A stretch of DNA of 64,000 nt. Origin: Planctomycetota bacterium (GTDB lineage Bacteria; Planctomycetota; UBA1135; UBA2386). The position numbers were made by a program, and so were the translations under genes. The notes under the pieces were generated by a model that saw nothing but the letters and a program-made list of their open reading frames with translations, did no database searches and had not been told where the DNA came from. This document shows positions 9,962 through 19,418 of this stretch, in pieces. The DNA is taken from NCBI GenBank assembly GCA_965223545.1, contig OZ245006.1:6432001-6496000 (forward strand), read 5' to 3'. Numbering within the stretch: the stretch's first letter is position 1; every line of letters starts with the position of its first letter.

Positions 9962-9998
9962 GTCCCGGCGGCATTGTCGGCCCGCCGGGCTCCCGGTT

Positions 9999-11549
9999 TC
10001 ACCGCTTCGCCGGCTGTGTCTCGATTTCGGACGGTGGGCTCCAACCGGCGTATTCGGCGAGGGCGCCGACGAACGCGTCGACCGCCGCCTTGGCGTCGGC
10101 GGTTGGGCAGGTGAAATTGTTGGTCAAGATGGAGAACGCCAGCGGCGGGCGGCTCGGGTCGGGGCGGGGCACGTAGCCGGAGAGGGCAACGACGCGGCTG
10201 ATGAAGCCGGTCTTGGCCCGCACCCGGCCGGTCGCGGCCGACGCCGGGAAGCGGCGCGCGAGCGTGCCGTCGACGCCGGCGATCGGCAGCGTCGAGACGA
10301 ACAGCGCGCGCTCGGGTGCGCGCCACATCGCCGAGAGCAGCGCCGCCAGCTGGCGCGGCCGGACCAGATTGAGGCGGGTCAGCCCGGACCCGTCGGCGAT
10401 CACCAGGCCGTCGGTGTCCACACCGTGCGCGCCGAGCACGGCCTGTGCGTGTGCGGCGGCCGACGGCATTCCGCCATCGCCGCCCTCGTGGCGCGCCGCC
10501 GCGCGCACCAGCTGCTCGGCATACAGGTTCTGGCTGGCCTTGTTGACCGCGGTCAAGATCGCGTGCAGCGGAGGCGAGTCGTGCCACGCCAGCGTCGCGC
10601 TCGCTCCCGCGGGGTCGCCGGGCGGCAGCTCGTCGCGGTCGGCGGCGCCGCCGGACACTTCGATGCCGGCGCGGCGCAGCTCCTGCACCAGGAGGTGCGC
10701 CGCGTAGCGCGTCGGGTTCTCCACTGAGAGGACCACGCGTTTCGGCTCGGGAGCAGCGGCCATGCTACCGGCCAGCTGAATGTGATTGCGGCCCCGCGCG
10801 CGTTCGACGATCAGCGCCGCTGGCGGCTCGGCGTCGGCCGCCGCGACGGTGACGCTACCATCGACGGTCAAGTAGTCGCTTTCGGGGACCAGGGTCACGC
10901 TCGCCTCGGCGCCGGCGCGCTCGCCCGCCAACAGCACGGCGACGCAGTTCTCGGCGAAACACAGGCCCGAGACCTGCGCGGCGTAGCCAGCACCTTGATA
11001 GCCCCAGGACCAGCCTTCACCCATGATCTCGTCCGGCTGACAGTCGTCGTTGCCGAGGACGCGGCCGCGCACCTCGCGCAGGCCGGTGGCGGCCAGCGCT
11101 TCTGCCCAGCGACGCAGCGGCGCGGTCGGGCCGTCGACTTCGTGGCGGCCGCCGAAGGTCGGGTCTCCGCTGCCGACGATCTCGAGGTCGCCGTGCAGGA
11201 CTCCCTCCCGCACGACGCCGTGCGCGCGCAGCTCGGTGCGAAACACATGGCCGGCTCCCAGGGTCCACAGCGCGACCGCGCTGCTGATCAACTTCATGTT
11301 GGATGCGGTCATGAAGCCGTGGTCCGCGTCGTGCGCGCACGGAACGCTGTCGTCGGCCAGGTCGACGACGATGGCCCCGACCCGGGCGCCGCGCAGCGGG
11401 GGACTCGAGACCAGCTCGTCCAGCGCCGTGGTCAGGGCCGGTGTGCCCGGCGTCCCGCTCTGCGCGGCGAGTGCCGTGGTTCCGGACCCGGTTGGCAGGA
11501 AGAGTGCCGTGGTGAAGGTGGCGACCAGGGCGGTGCGTGGCGCGGGCAT
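9999..11549 (-). CDS. dacB: D-alanyl-D-alanine carboxypeptidase/endopeptidase (peptidase S13, PBP4)
   Basis: SxxK (ASNMK), GSGDPT, SxN (SQNLYAE), DGSGL and KTG (AKTGFI) motifs; signal peptide. Confidence 0.93.
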   Translation of the reverse strand: MPAPRTALVATFTTALFLPTGSGTTALAAQSGTPGTPALTTALDELVSSPPLRGARVGAIVVDLADDSVPCAHDADHGFMTASNMKLISSAVALWTLGAGHVFRTELRAHGVVREGVLHGDLEIVGSGDPTFGGRHEVDGPTAPLRRWAEALAATGLREVRGRVLGNDDCQPDEIMGEGWSWGYQGAGYAAQVSGLCFAENCVAVLLAGERAGAEASVTLVPESDYLTVDGSVTVAAADAEPPAALIVERARGRNHIQLAGSMAAAPEPKRVVLSVENPTRYAAHLLVQELRRAGIEVSGGAADRDELPPGDPAGASATLAWHDSPPLHAILTAVNKASQNLYAEQLVRAAARHEGGDGGMPSAAAHAQAVLGAHGVDTDGLVIADGSGLTRLNLVRPRQLAALLSAMWRAPERALFVSTLPIAGVDGTLARRFPASAATGRVRAKTGFISRVVALSGYVPRPDPSRPPLAFSILTNNFTCPTADAKAAVDAFVGALAEYAGWSPPSEIETQPAKR

Positions 11550-11575
11550 TGGTTCGATGGTGGCGACGAGAGCGG

Positions 11576-12679
11576 TCAGTGGAAGTGGGCAACGGGCGCG
11601 CCGACGACGTCGTCGCGCAGGCGGATGCCGAGTCCCGGCGCGTCGCTGCAGGCGATGCGTCCGGCGTCTCGCCGCGGCGCGTCATGCGCGGTGCTGACGG
11701 TGACGTAGCTATTGAAATCGGTCGTGGTGAGCAGCAGCTCGGCCGGCGTGCTGTGGGCGAGGTGGGCGATCGCTGCCGTGGCGACGTCGCCGCCCCAGCT
11801 GTCTTCGATGGTCACCGCGATCCCCAGACTGGCGCAGAGGTCGCGCGCTTGCTTGGCGCGCGTCAGGCCGCCGAGCTTGCCGATCTTGAGGTTGACGGCG
11901 TCGGCGGCGCCGTCGGCGGCTGCCCGCAGAAGAGCCGGCACTCCGTCGATGACCTCGTCGAGGACGAACGGGTGATTCGTCGCCCGCCGCACGCGCAGGC
12001 ACTCTTCGTAGCTCGCGCACGGTTGTTCGATGTAGACGTCGACGTCGCCGACGCCGCGCACGACCCGCAACGCGTCGCCGGACAGCCACCCGGTGTTGGC
12101 GTCGGCGATCAACAGGTCGCCGGGCTCCAGCGCATCAGCGCAGGCGCGGATGCGCTGGATGTCCGTGACCACGTCCGCTCCCACCTTGAGCTGGAACTTG
12201 CGGTAGCCCTCGGCGCGGTATTGCCGCACCCTGGCAGCCATCTCGTCGGGCTCTTGCTGCGAGATGGCGCGGTAGAGAGGCACTGACTCGACGTGACGGC
12301 CTCCGAGCAGCGCGCAGGTGGGCATCCCGGTGGCCTGCCCCAGCAGATCCCAGCAGGCGACGTCGATCGCGGACTTGGCGTAGGGATGACCTTTCAGCAC
12401 TCGGTCCAGCACGTGTGCGACGCGCTCGGGTTGGGTGGGGTCGAGGCCGAGCACATGCGGCGCGAGCTCGGCGATTCCCGCGCGCGCTCCCGCCGCGTAC
12501 GCCGGCAGGTAGGCCGGCCCGAGTGGACACACCTCGCCGACTCCGCGCAGCCCGGTCTCGGTGGTCAGTCGGACGATCGTCGCGTCGAACACGTCGACCG
12601 CCTTGCCGCCAGACCAGGCATAGCGCCCCTCGTGCAACGGCAGGTCGACCTGGAACACCTCGATCTCGCGGATGTGCAT
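11576..12679 (-). CDS. Mandelate racemase/muconate lactonizing enzyme family protein, cis-3-hydroxy-L-proline dehydratase-like
   Basis: FQVDLPLHEGRYAWSGGK, GEVCPLGPAYLPAYA, FQLKVG and metal ligands DANTGW, EQP, LDE; IEDSWGGD. The specific substrate is inferred from remembered family sequences. Confidence 0.85.
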   Translation of the reverse strand: MHIREIEVFQVDLPLHEGRYAWSGGKAVDVFDATIVRLTTETGLRGVGEVCPLGPAYLPAYAAGARAGIAELAPHVLGLDPTQPERVAHVLDRVLKGHPYAKSAIDVACWDLLGQATGMPTCALLGGRHVESVPLYRAISQQEPDEMAARVRQYRAEGYRKFQLKVGADVVTDIQRIRACADALEPGDLLIADANTGWLSGDALRVVRGVGDVDVYIEQPCASYEECLRVRRATNHPFVLDEVIDGVPALLRAAADGAADAVNLKIGKLGGLTRAKQARDLCASLGIAVTIEDSWGGDVATAAIAHLAHSTPAELLLTTTDFNSYVTVSTAHDAPRRDAGRIACSDAPGLGIRLRDDVVGAPVAHFH

Positions 12680-12720
12680 GGCAAGAGCACACTATGCGCC
12701 CCGAGCGACCAGGCGTTGCG

Positions 12721-12754
12721 GAACGTACGGTGTCTGACTCGATTTTCTCGCTTC
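12721..12754 (+). repeat. Dispersed 34-bp intergenic element, copy 1
   Basis: GAACGTACGGTGTCTGACTCGATTTTCTCGCTTC; 31/34 identical to 35633-35666. Confidence 0.8.
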
Positions 12755-12819
12755 CGCCGCCAGCCGCCGCGCGCCTTGCCCCTGACTGCTCGACAGAGTT
12801 GCCAGACGCAGTGACTGGT

Positions 12820-15800
12820 TCACCATTCGGGTGGTAGCGCGATCGAGACCAGCGCCCCGCCGGTCCCCGCCAGCGTCACGGCGAGCGAAGATGCGCGTTG
12901 TGGCTGGCGTCGCACTTCGTAGCGGCCGGGCGGCAGGGCGGGGATGCGCAGGTTGCCGTCGTCGTCGCTGTGGCCGAATGCGCGAGCACCACCCGCTGCG
13001 ACGGTGGACCACAGCCAGACGCCGGTCGCGCGGGCCGGTTCGCCGTCGCGGCGCAGCGCGAGAGTCACCGCGTGCGCGGTGTCCTTTGGCGCGATCGTGT
13101 GCGTGGTGCCCGGCCTGACCGACAGCCAGTCGGTCAGCCGCCACGTCGCCGTCGTGCTGCCCTCGGTCGCCTCGGCCCACAGTCGGTAGCGGCCCGCGGG
13201 CAGGTTGGCGAACGCGAAGCGGCCGTCGGCGGCGACCACTGCGGTGGCGGCCTGCCGACCGAGGCCGCTGTCTGGTGCCGAACCGAGCTCGAACGCCTCG
13301 AGCGACAGCCGACCGATCGCGGTGCGCGCCGGCGGGCGGTCGATGTGGATCTGTCCGTGCAGCATGCCGAGCGCCAGGCGGCTCCCGTCGAGCGTCAGCG
13401 CGGTGGTTTGTCCCTCGGTCAGACGGATCTCGTCGGCGAGGGCGAGACGATTCCACGCCGGGGTCACGCCGCCGATCTCGAAGCGCTCGAGCACGGCCCG
13501 CCACCTGCCGGCCGGCAGCCCGTGAAAGTCGAAGCTACCGTCGGAGCCGACGGCCATCGTCGCGGTGATGCCGACCAGCCGGTCGGCAGTCGCCGCGAGC
13601 TCCTCGACGTGGGCGTTGGGCAGGACGCGCGCCCCATCGATCTCGACCAGCGCGAGGCGGCCGAAGCGGCACCGAGGCGGGGCGTTGGTGATCCGGCCGG
13701 TCAGCCGGGCGCCGTCGGCAACCGTCAGCCGGACGGTGCCGGCCTCGCCGGCGACGTCGGTCGAGAGCGACGGCGCGTGGCCGGGTCCGAGGGCGCGCAG
13801 CGAGTAGCGCAAGCCGCGCCCCGCGCGCAGGGTGACCACTCCATCGCGGTCGCTGATGCCGTGGTCGATCAGGGTCGGCCCGTGGCTGTAGCCGTCGGGG
13901 TTGTCGGCCGGCTCGGCGGGTCGCGACACCGTGTTCCACTCGATTCGAGCGGCGGCGGCAGACCACTCGCGGACCCAGCGCGGCGTTCGCAGCAGCTCGA
14001 CGCGCGTCGCCGCCACCGGTTCGCCGGAAGCGCGCCGGACCTCGACGCGCAGCGGCAGCGCCGGCGGCGCGTTGAGCCGAATGGTCGGCGAGGCACCTGC
14101 GCGGTGGTCGTAGCGCGTGGTCTCGCTGGGTAGAGCGCGCTCGTCCGCGGGGAATGCAGTGATGAAGTTGGCTCCGGCGCGCACGCCGCGCAGCACCGCG
14201 GCGCGGGTCTCCGGGTCGCTGCGCGCCCGCAGGAGTGCGCCGCCGCGCGCGTGCGCACAGCGCACGACGAAGTCTGCGATCGGCGTGCCGGTCTCCGCAT
14301 CCAGCAGCTGCACCGCGACCCGACTGCCGGCTGTCGAGGTCAGCGTGATGGTGACGTCGGTCTCGCCCCACGGCATGACGCGAGGCGTGGGGGCATCGTA
14401 GCCATCGGGTGCGAACACCGAGAGCTCCGCGTGGGGGCCGGCGGACACCAGCTCGGCCGGAGTCAGGCGAAAACGACCGTCGGCGCCGGTCTCCACCGAA
14501 GTCAGGCTCGCGCCGCCGGTCATCACCGTTACGCCGGCAACCGGGCGGCCGGCTTCGTCGACTGCGGTGCCCGCGATCACCCGGCTGCCGGTGCGCCCGC
14601 GCAGCACGATAGTGGCGTGGTGCGGGCCGGGGGCGGCGACGTCGATGGTGACCGGAGCCGCGGTCGTGTGCGGCCACCGCGGCTCGATCCGCCAGCGGCC
14701 GACGGCGAGCTCACCGGCGTCGATCTCGCCGTTCGCGTCGCTACTGCTACCCAGCGCCGGGGTGCGCGGCAGCAGCGCTTGTTCGGGCCAGGCGCGATCG
14801 CGGTGCAACGCGAGCCGCACCCCGAGCACCGGTGCCAGGTCGGAGTCGACGATGCGTAGAGTCACGGCCGTGGCGCGTGGCAGCGCGAGGTCGCCCAGGT
14901 CGTCGCCGCGCACGGTCCCACTGATGTCGACTCGGCCGGCAGCGCTGCCGTGCAGCTGCAAGGATGTGGCGTCGGCCGGCAGCGGCAGCGAGAAGCGGCC
15001 ATCCGCGCCGGTCGTCGTCCGCCCGACGCGCTGCGGGTGCGCGTGGTCCCGCGGAGTGGTCAGCAGCACGAACTCGACGCCCGAGAGCGGCGCCCCGGAC
15101 TCCATCGCGATCGCACGCCCGCGGAGCGCACTCCGCGCTCCCGTGGTCCGCGGCGCGAGCGGACGGCGGTCGGTTTCGGCAGCGACGGCCTCGCCAATGC
15201 CGGTCGGCGCCGCCGCGGCCGGCGTCGCCGCGGCCGGTGCCGCCGCCGACGGCGGCGGTGGCGGGGACCACACGGCCAGCGCCGCAATCAGCAACAGGCC
15301 GACTCCCGCGATCCACAGACTGGTCTTCATCAATAGCAACCCGAACAGGTGAGGCCACGCCGCGGCGGCGGCGCCCGTGGCGCCGGCGGGGGTGTGGGCG
15401 AGGACGCGGCGCCGCATGGCGGCGAGGTCGGCCATGGGAGCGATCACCGCGGTCGCCCCGGCAATCCCTGCCGGCAGCGCGCGCCGCAGATGCTCGAGGC
15501 CGCGCGAGAGCTGCGATCGCACCGTCCCGGCGGGCCGGTCCAGCGCGCGCGCGATCTGCTGTGGGGCGAGGTCGTGCTCGAGGTGCAGGCGCAACACTTG
15601 CGCGGTCGGCCGCGGCAGACGATCGACGGTCGCCAGCAGTTGGTCGCGGAGGTCGGCGGCGGCCACCGCGGCGGCGGGGTCTTCGGCGGTCGAGTCGGTG
15701 CCGCTCACGTCTTGCCTCTGCGCGGTGAGCACCCGCTGGCGGGTGCGGTGTGCCCGCCAACGCCGCGCGTGGTTGGCGGCGATGCCGACCATCCAGGGCA

Positions 15801-16011
15801 GCACGGGGCGGTCGCGGTCGAGTTCGGCGGCGCGATCGACGAAGGTCAGGAAGGTCTCTTGCACCACGTCCTCGGCGGCGTGCGGGTCGCCGGTCAGCCA
15901 CCTCGCCACCCGCAGCAGCTCGCCGGCGGTGGCGTCGAACAGCGCGGCCAGGGCGCGAGGGTCGCCGTCGGCGGCGAATCGGGCGGCGTGGCGATCGGCG
16001 GGCGCGGTCAA
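12820..16011 (-). CDS. ECF sigma-70 factor fused to a transmembrane helix and carboxypeptidase-regulatory-like (Ig-like) extracytoplasmic repeats
   Basis: Sigma region 2 (AEDVVQETFL, PWMVGIAAN) and region 4 (QIARALDRPAGTVRSQLSRGLEHLR), TM segment SLWIAGVGLLLIAALAVW, then repeats such as IAGTAVDEAGRPVAGV and ADGRFAFANLPAGRYRL. Start (TTG 16011) is uncertain. Confidence 0.85.
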   Translation of the reverse strand: MTAPADRHAARFAADGDPRALAALFDATAGELLRVARWLTGDPHAAEDVVQETFLTFVDRAAELDRDRPVLPWMVGIAANHARRWRAHRTRQRVLTAQRQDVSGTDSTAEDPAAAVAAADLRDQLLATVDRLPRPTAQVLRLHLEHDLAPQQIARALDRPAGTVRSQLSRGLEHLRRALPAGIAGATAVIAPMADLAAMRRRVLAHTPAGATGAAAAAWPHLFGLLLMKTSLWIAGVGLLLIAALAVWSPPPPPSAAAPAAATPAAAAPTGIGEAVAAETDRRPLAPRTTGARSALRGRAIAMESGAPLSGVEFVLLTTPRDHAHPQRVGRTTTGADGRFSLPLPADATSLQLHGSAAGRVDISGTVRGDDLGDLALPRATAVTLRIVDSDLAPVLGVRLALHRDRAWPEQALLPRTPALGSSSDANGEIDAGELAVGRWRIEPRWPHTTAAPVTIDVAAPGPHHATIVLRGRTGSRVIAGTAVDEAGRPVAGVTVMTGGASLTSVETGADGRFRLTPAELVSAGPHAELSVFAPDGYDAPTPRVMPWGETDVTITLTSTAGSRVAVQLLDAETGTPIADFVVRCAHARGGALLRARSDPETRAAVLRGVRAGANFITAFPADERALPSETTRYDHRAGASPTIRLNAPPALPLRVEVRRASGEPVAATRVELLRTPRWVREWSAAAARIEWNTVSRPAEPADNPDGYSHGPTLIDHGISDRDGVVTLRAGRGLRYSLRALGPGHAPSLSTDVAGEAGTVRLTVADGARLTGRITNAPPRCRFGRLALVEIDGARVLPNAHVEELAATADRLVGITATMAVGSDGSFDFHGLPAGRWRAVLERFEIGGVTPAWNRLALADEIRLTEGQTTALTLDGSRLALGMLHGQIHIDRPPARTAIGRLSLEAFELGSAPDSGLGRQAATAVVAADGRFAFANLPAGRYRLWAEATEGSTTATWRLTDWLSVRPGTTHTIAPKDTAHAVTLALRRDGEPARATGVWLWSTVAAGGARAFGHSDDDGNLRIPALPPGRYEVRRQPQRASSLAVTLAGTGGALVSIALPPEW

Positions 16012-16102
16012 GACTGTTCTGTTCTTCGCGCGGCGGGCGGGCGTTGCGGGATTCTCGCAAAAAAGCCAGGCCGCCGGCGCCGCGGTATCATCGGCGGCCG
16101 AG

Positions 16103-17062
16103 ATGGTGTTGCGCGCGGGCCTCTGTTCGCTGGTCCTGGTGGCTGTCGCCGGCGGCCAGACCGTGCTCCGGCTCGGCAACAAGCCGGCGGACGGCGCCGG
16201 TGACTACCGCGCCGCCGTGCTCTCCCTGGCGTTGGCCGGTGACGGCACTCCCGCCGAGCAGCGCCGCGACGCGCGGCAGTTCTTGGACAATGTGCTGAGC
16301 CACCCGAATTCGTCGTTTCGCAGCGAGGCGCTGGCGTGGGTGGAGCGCAACCGCATGGCCATGGCACAAGTTCGGGTCGCCACGGCGCGCCCACATTGCG
16401 CCTTTCAACGGTCACCCCAAGGCGTTTCCGAGTTCGAGGATCTACGTGACGGCATCGTCGCGCTGGCGCTGGCTTGGCTGGTCGAGCTGGGCGAGCAGGT
16501 GACGCGCGGCGCGTCCGACGAGGCGGCCGCGGCGCTGCGCGTCGCCCTGGGTGTCGTCGACCATCTGGAGCACGAGGTCGCCGCCGCGTCGTTGGTGCCC
16601 GGCCTCGAGCGCCTCGCCTTCATCACGGCCGCGGCCCAGCTGGCCCGCTCCGACCTGACGTCCGGCACGCGCGCTGCGTTGGTGCAGGTCTTGCAGGACG
16701 AACGACAACGGCAGACGGCCGCCCAGCGCCTGCGCTCGATGCAGCCGGATCTGGTGGTGTCGGCTCGGCGCGTGGCGGGTGACCTACCGGTCGCGGCGGC
16801 GGCCGAGGCCCTGCTCGCCGGCTTGGAGGCCAAGCGGCCGGCCGAGCTGGTGGCGGTGCTCGACGAGCCGGTCTGGGATCGCGGCCTGCGCGAGTGGCGG
16901 GCGCGGGCGGAAGCGGGCGCGCGTGAACGACGCGACGCGGCTGCTGCCGCCGTGTTGCACGTGTTGCCGGAGCCCGGTGCGTGGGCGGTGGGCAGAGTGC
17001 TGGCCGAGCACCGGCTGCTTCGCGTGCTGCGCGATCACGGTGTCGACCGAGCACGCCGCTGA
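16103..17062 (+). CDS. Hypothetical exported alpha-helical protein
   Basis: ATG 16103 with signal-like MVLRAGLCSLVLVAVAGGQ. Fills the gap divergent from the ECF gene. No recognisable motif. Confidence 0.55.
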   Translation: MVLRAGLCSLVLVAVAGGQTVLRLGNKPADGAGDYRAAVLSLALAGDGTPAEQRRDARQFLDNVLSHPNSSFRSEALAWVERNRMAMAQVRVATARPHCAFQRSPQGVSEFEDLRDGIVALALAWLVELGEQVTRGASDEAAAALRVALGVVDHLEHEVAAASLVPGLERLAFITAAAQLARSDLTSGTRAALVQVLQDERQRQTAAQRLRSMQPDLVVSARRVAGDLPVAAAAEALLAGLEAKRPAELVAVLDEPVWDRGLREWRARAEAGARERRDAAAAAVLHVLPEPGAWAVGRVLAEHRLLRVLRDHGVDRARR

Positions 17063-17096
17063 GGTGGTTCGGTCGGCGTGCCCGGTCGCGCGGCGG

Positions 17097-18143
17097 TCAG
17101 GACGTACCGCGTCGTCGCCTGAGCGAGCGTTCGGCGCGGGCGCGGGCGACGGCTTGCATGTCGACGTGCTCGTCGTGCTCGTCGACGATCTCGGCCCCCA
17201 GCAGCGCTTCGAGCACGTCCTCGAGGGTGACGATTCCCTCGAGCCCGCCGTACTCGTCGGCGACGGCGAGGATGTGCCGCTTGTCGCGGAGAAACTTCGC
17301 CAGCAGCTGCGGTGCCCGCATGGTCTCGGGAATGAACTCGAGCGGTTGCAGCAGCGCGTCGACCGAGCTGTCTGCGTCCCCATGCGCGATCGCGTCGTAG
17401 ATGTCGCGGCGGTAGACCACGCCGTTGACGTGATCGAGGTCACCGGCTCGCTCGGTCACCGGCAGGCGGCTGTGGCGCAGCGCTTCGGGCCGGCGTTGGA
17501 CTTCGGCCAGGGTCATGCCGGTGGCCAAGCTCTGCACCACGGTGCGGGGTGTCATCAGGTCGCGCGCGGTGACCTGGTCCAGCAGCAACGCGTTCTCCAC
17601 CCACAACGACTCGAACTCGCTGAGTGCCCCCTGGCGCTGCGCTGTCTTGGCCAGCGCGATCACCTCGGCCTCGGTCGCCAGGTGGCCGGCGCCGGTGCCG
17701 GTGAGCTTGTGCATCAGCCAGCTGCACAGCCGCGCGATCGGCCACGAGATCCAGATGAAGAACTGCAGCGGCCAGACGAGGAACGGAATCAAGCGGGCGC
17801 CGAACTTGACCCCGAGGCTCTTGGGGACGATCTCGGTCAGGAACAGCACCGCGAGCGTGAACAGCGCGGTGAACCAGCCAAGCGCCCCGCCGAACTCGGC
17901 GCCGACCAAGGCGCCCAGCACCGTGGCGCCGACGGTGTGGGCCACCGTGTTGATCGTCAGGATGGCGGCGATCGGGCCGTCGATGTGGGCGCGAAAGCGC
18001 TTGAACCGGCGTGCGCCGACTGTGCCCTGCTTGGCCAGTACGTCGAGCTGCGCCGGCGTAACCGAGTACAGCGCGGCCTCCAAGACCGAGCACATGAAGG
18101 ATGCCGCCAGCGTCAATGCTGCGACAATCAGGATCAGGGTCAT
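17097..18143 (-). CDS. CNNM (DUF21) + CBS-domain hemolysin/CorB-family membrane protein
   Basis: SFMCSVLEAALYS, AILTINTVAHTVGA, TEIVPKSLG, DLMTPR, HSRLPV, DEYGGLEGIVTLEDVLEALLGAEIVDE. Confidence 0.93.
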   Translation of the reverse strand: MTLILIVAALTLAASFMCSVLEAALYSVTPAQLDVLAKQGTVGARRFKRFRAHIDGPIAAILTINTVAHTVGATVLGALVGAEFGGALGWFTALFTLAVLFLTEIVPKSLGVKFGARLIPFLVWPLQFFIWISWPIARLCSWLMHKLTGTGAGHLATEAEVIALAKTAQRQGALSEFESLWVENALLLDQVTARDLMTPRTVVQSLATGMTLAEVQRRPEALRHSRLPVTERAGDLDHVNGVVYRRDIYDAIAHGDADSSVDALLQPLEFIPETMRAPQLLAKFLRDKRHILAVADEYGGLEGIVTLEDVLEALLGAEIVDEHDEHVDMQAVARARAERSLRRRRGTS

Positions 18144-18165
18144 CGCGCGCGGGTTGGAATGGTGC

Positions 18166-18717
18166 CTACGTCTCGGGGGTCACGTGGTGGGCGAGAGTCA
18201 CCGATGAGATGTAGACGTGGGTGGGTTGCTCGACGATCCACAGCACCACGCGGGCGACGTCCTCGGGGCTGAGCTTGGGGCCCGGCGTGTTGGCCACCGA
18301 CGCGGTGTCGACGAACCCCGGTCGAATGTTGACCACCCGCGGCCGCTGGTCGGGCCGGTTGAACAGCTGTTGGCTGGCTGCGTCGATCGCGTGCTTGTAC
18401 ACCGCGTACAGATCGGGTCGCCCGAGAATGTAGCACTCGCCGGCGCGCGAGCCGATGTTGATGATGGTCTTGTCCTGGCCCTGCCATTCGTGGACCAGCT
18501 TGTACAAGATCTGCAGCTGGGTGTCGTCGTTGTACTGGTGGCGGTTGTTGACGAAGAGGTCGCACTTCGCGGCGGCTCGGACGATCTTGTCGCGATGCTT
18601 GGGGAGCTTGTACCCCGTCGACTTCGACAGGCCGACAACCTCGTCACCGCGGGCGCGGAATGCGTCGGCGATGGCCAGCCCGATGCCCTTGGTGTGGCCG
18701 GTGATCGCCACTTTCAT
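18166..18717 (-). CDS. Short-chain dehydrogenase/reductase (compact, 183 aa)
   Basis: MKVAITGHTKGIG, FVNN, IINIGS, YAVYK, RPGFVDT. Its start overlaps the upstream SDR stop (ATGA). Confidence 0.88.
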   Translation of the reverse strand: MKVAITGHTKGIGLAIADAFRARGDEVVGLSKSTGYKLPKHRDKIVRAAAKCDLFVNNRHQYNDDTQLQILYKLVHEWQGQDKTIINIGSRAGECYILGRPDLYAVYKHAIDAASQQLFNRPDQRPRVVNIRPGFVDTASVANTPGPKLSPEDVARVVLWIVEQPTHVYISSVTLAHHVTPET

Positions 18718-19334
18718 TTGAATCGCCTCCACCACTTGGCGCGCTTGGTACTCGCGCTTGTCGAGCGGCGCAAGGTGATCGAGCTGATGGTGATCGCGGG
18801 ACCGTTGTCGATGATCATGGCGACGACGTCGGCGACCTCGTCGTACTCGAGCAGGTCTTCGATCTGACGGCCGGTGTGCTTGGCCAGCTGCTCGACGATC
18901 TCGCTGCGGATCCAGCCGGGACGGACGGTGCTCACCCGGCATCGGCCCGGCTTGCAATTGAGCTCGGTGGCGACCACGTCGAGCGCGGCCTTGGCGGCGC
19001 GGTAGCAGCTCGTTCCGGCGTGGAAGCCCTGCGTCGGCCGATCCGGGGCTTCCGAGCCGATGCTGACGATGTGCTTCTCCTGGTCCTGCCAATGGTGAAA
19101 CATCGAGGCCAGCAGTCTGGCCTGGTCCATGCCGTGCTTGTCGCGATCGTGCGCGCAGTTGACGAAGACGTCGCATTCCACGGCACCGAACACGATCTTC
19201 TTGAAGCCGTCCTCGGTGGTGAAGTCGAACCCGTTCTCCAGAGAGAATCCGACGATCTCGTGTTCGTCCCGCGCCAGCCGTTCCGCGATGGCTTTGCCCA
19301 AGCCGGCGGCATGTCCGGTCACAGCGATCTTCAT
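18714..19334 (-). CDS. Short-chain dehydrogenase/reductase (compact, 206 aa)
   Basis: MKIAVTGHAAGLG, VFVNCA, IVSIGS, YRAAK, RPGWIRS. Confidence 0.88.
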   Translation of the reverse strand: MKIAVTGHAAGLGKAIAERLARDEHEIVGFSLENGFDFTTEDGFKKIVFGAVECDVFVNCAHDRDKHGMDQARLLASMFHHWQDQEKHIVSIGSEAPDRPTQGFHAGTSCYRAAKAALDVVATELNCKPGRCRVSTVRPGWIRSEIVEQLAKHTGRQIEDLLEYDEVADVVAMIIDNGPAITISSITLRRSTSASTKRAKWWRRFK

Positions 19335-19418
19335 CCCGCGCAACACTAGTCGGCGGACTCGGAGGTGCACACCGAAAATCCGCGCCCCAAAACCCCGCAG
19401 CGGAGGCGGCGGGTTCCC

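Noticed and set aside
16012..16102. Possible ECF autoregulatory promoter (GCAAC...) upstream of the sigma gene
   Set aside because: No convincing -10 element or second instance supports it.
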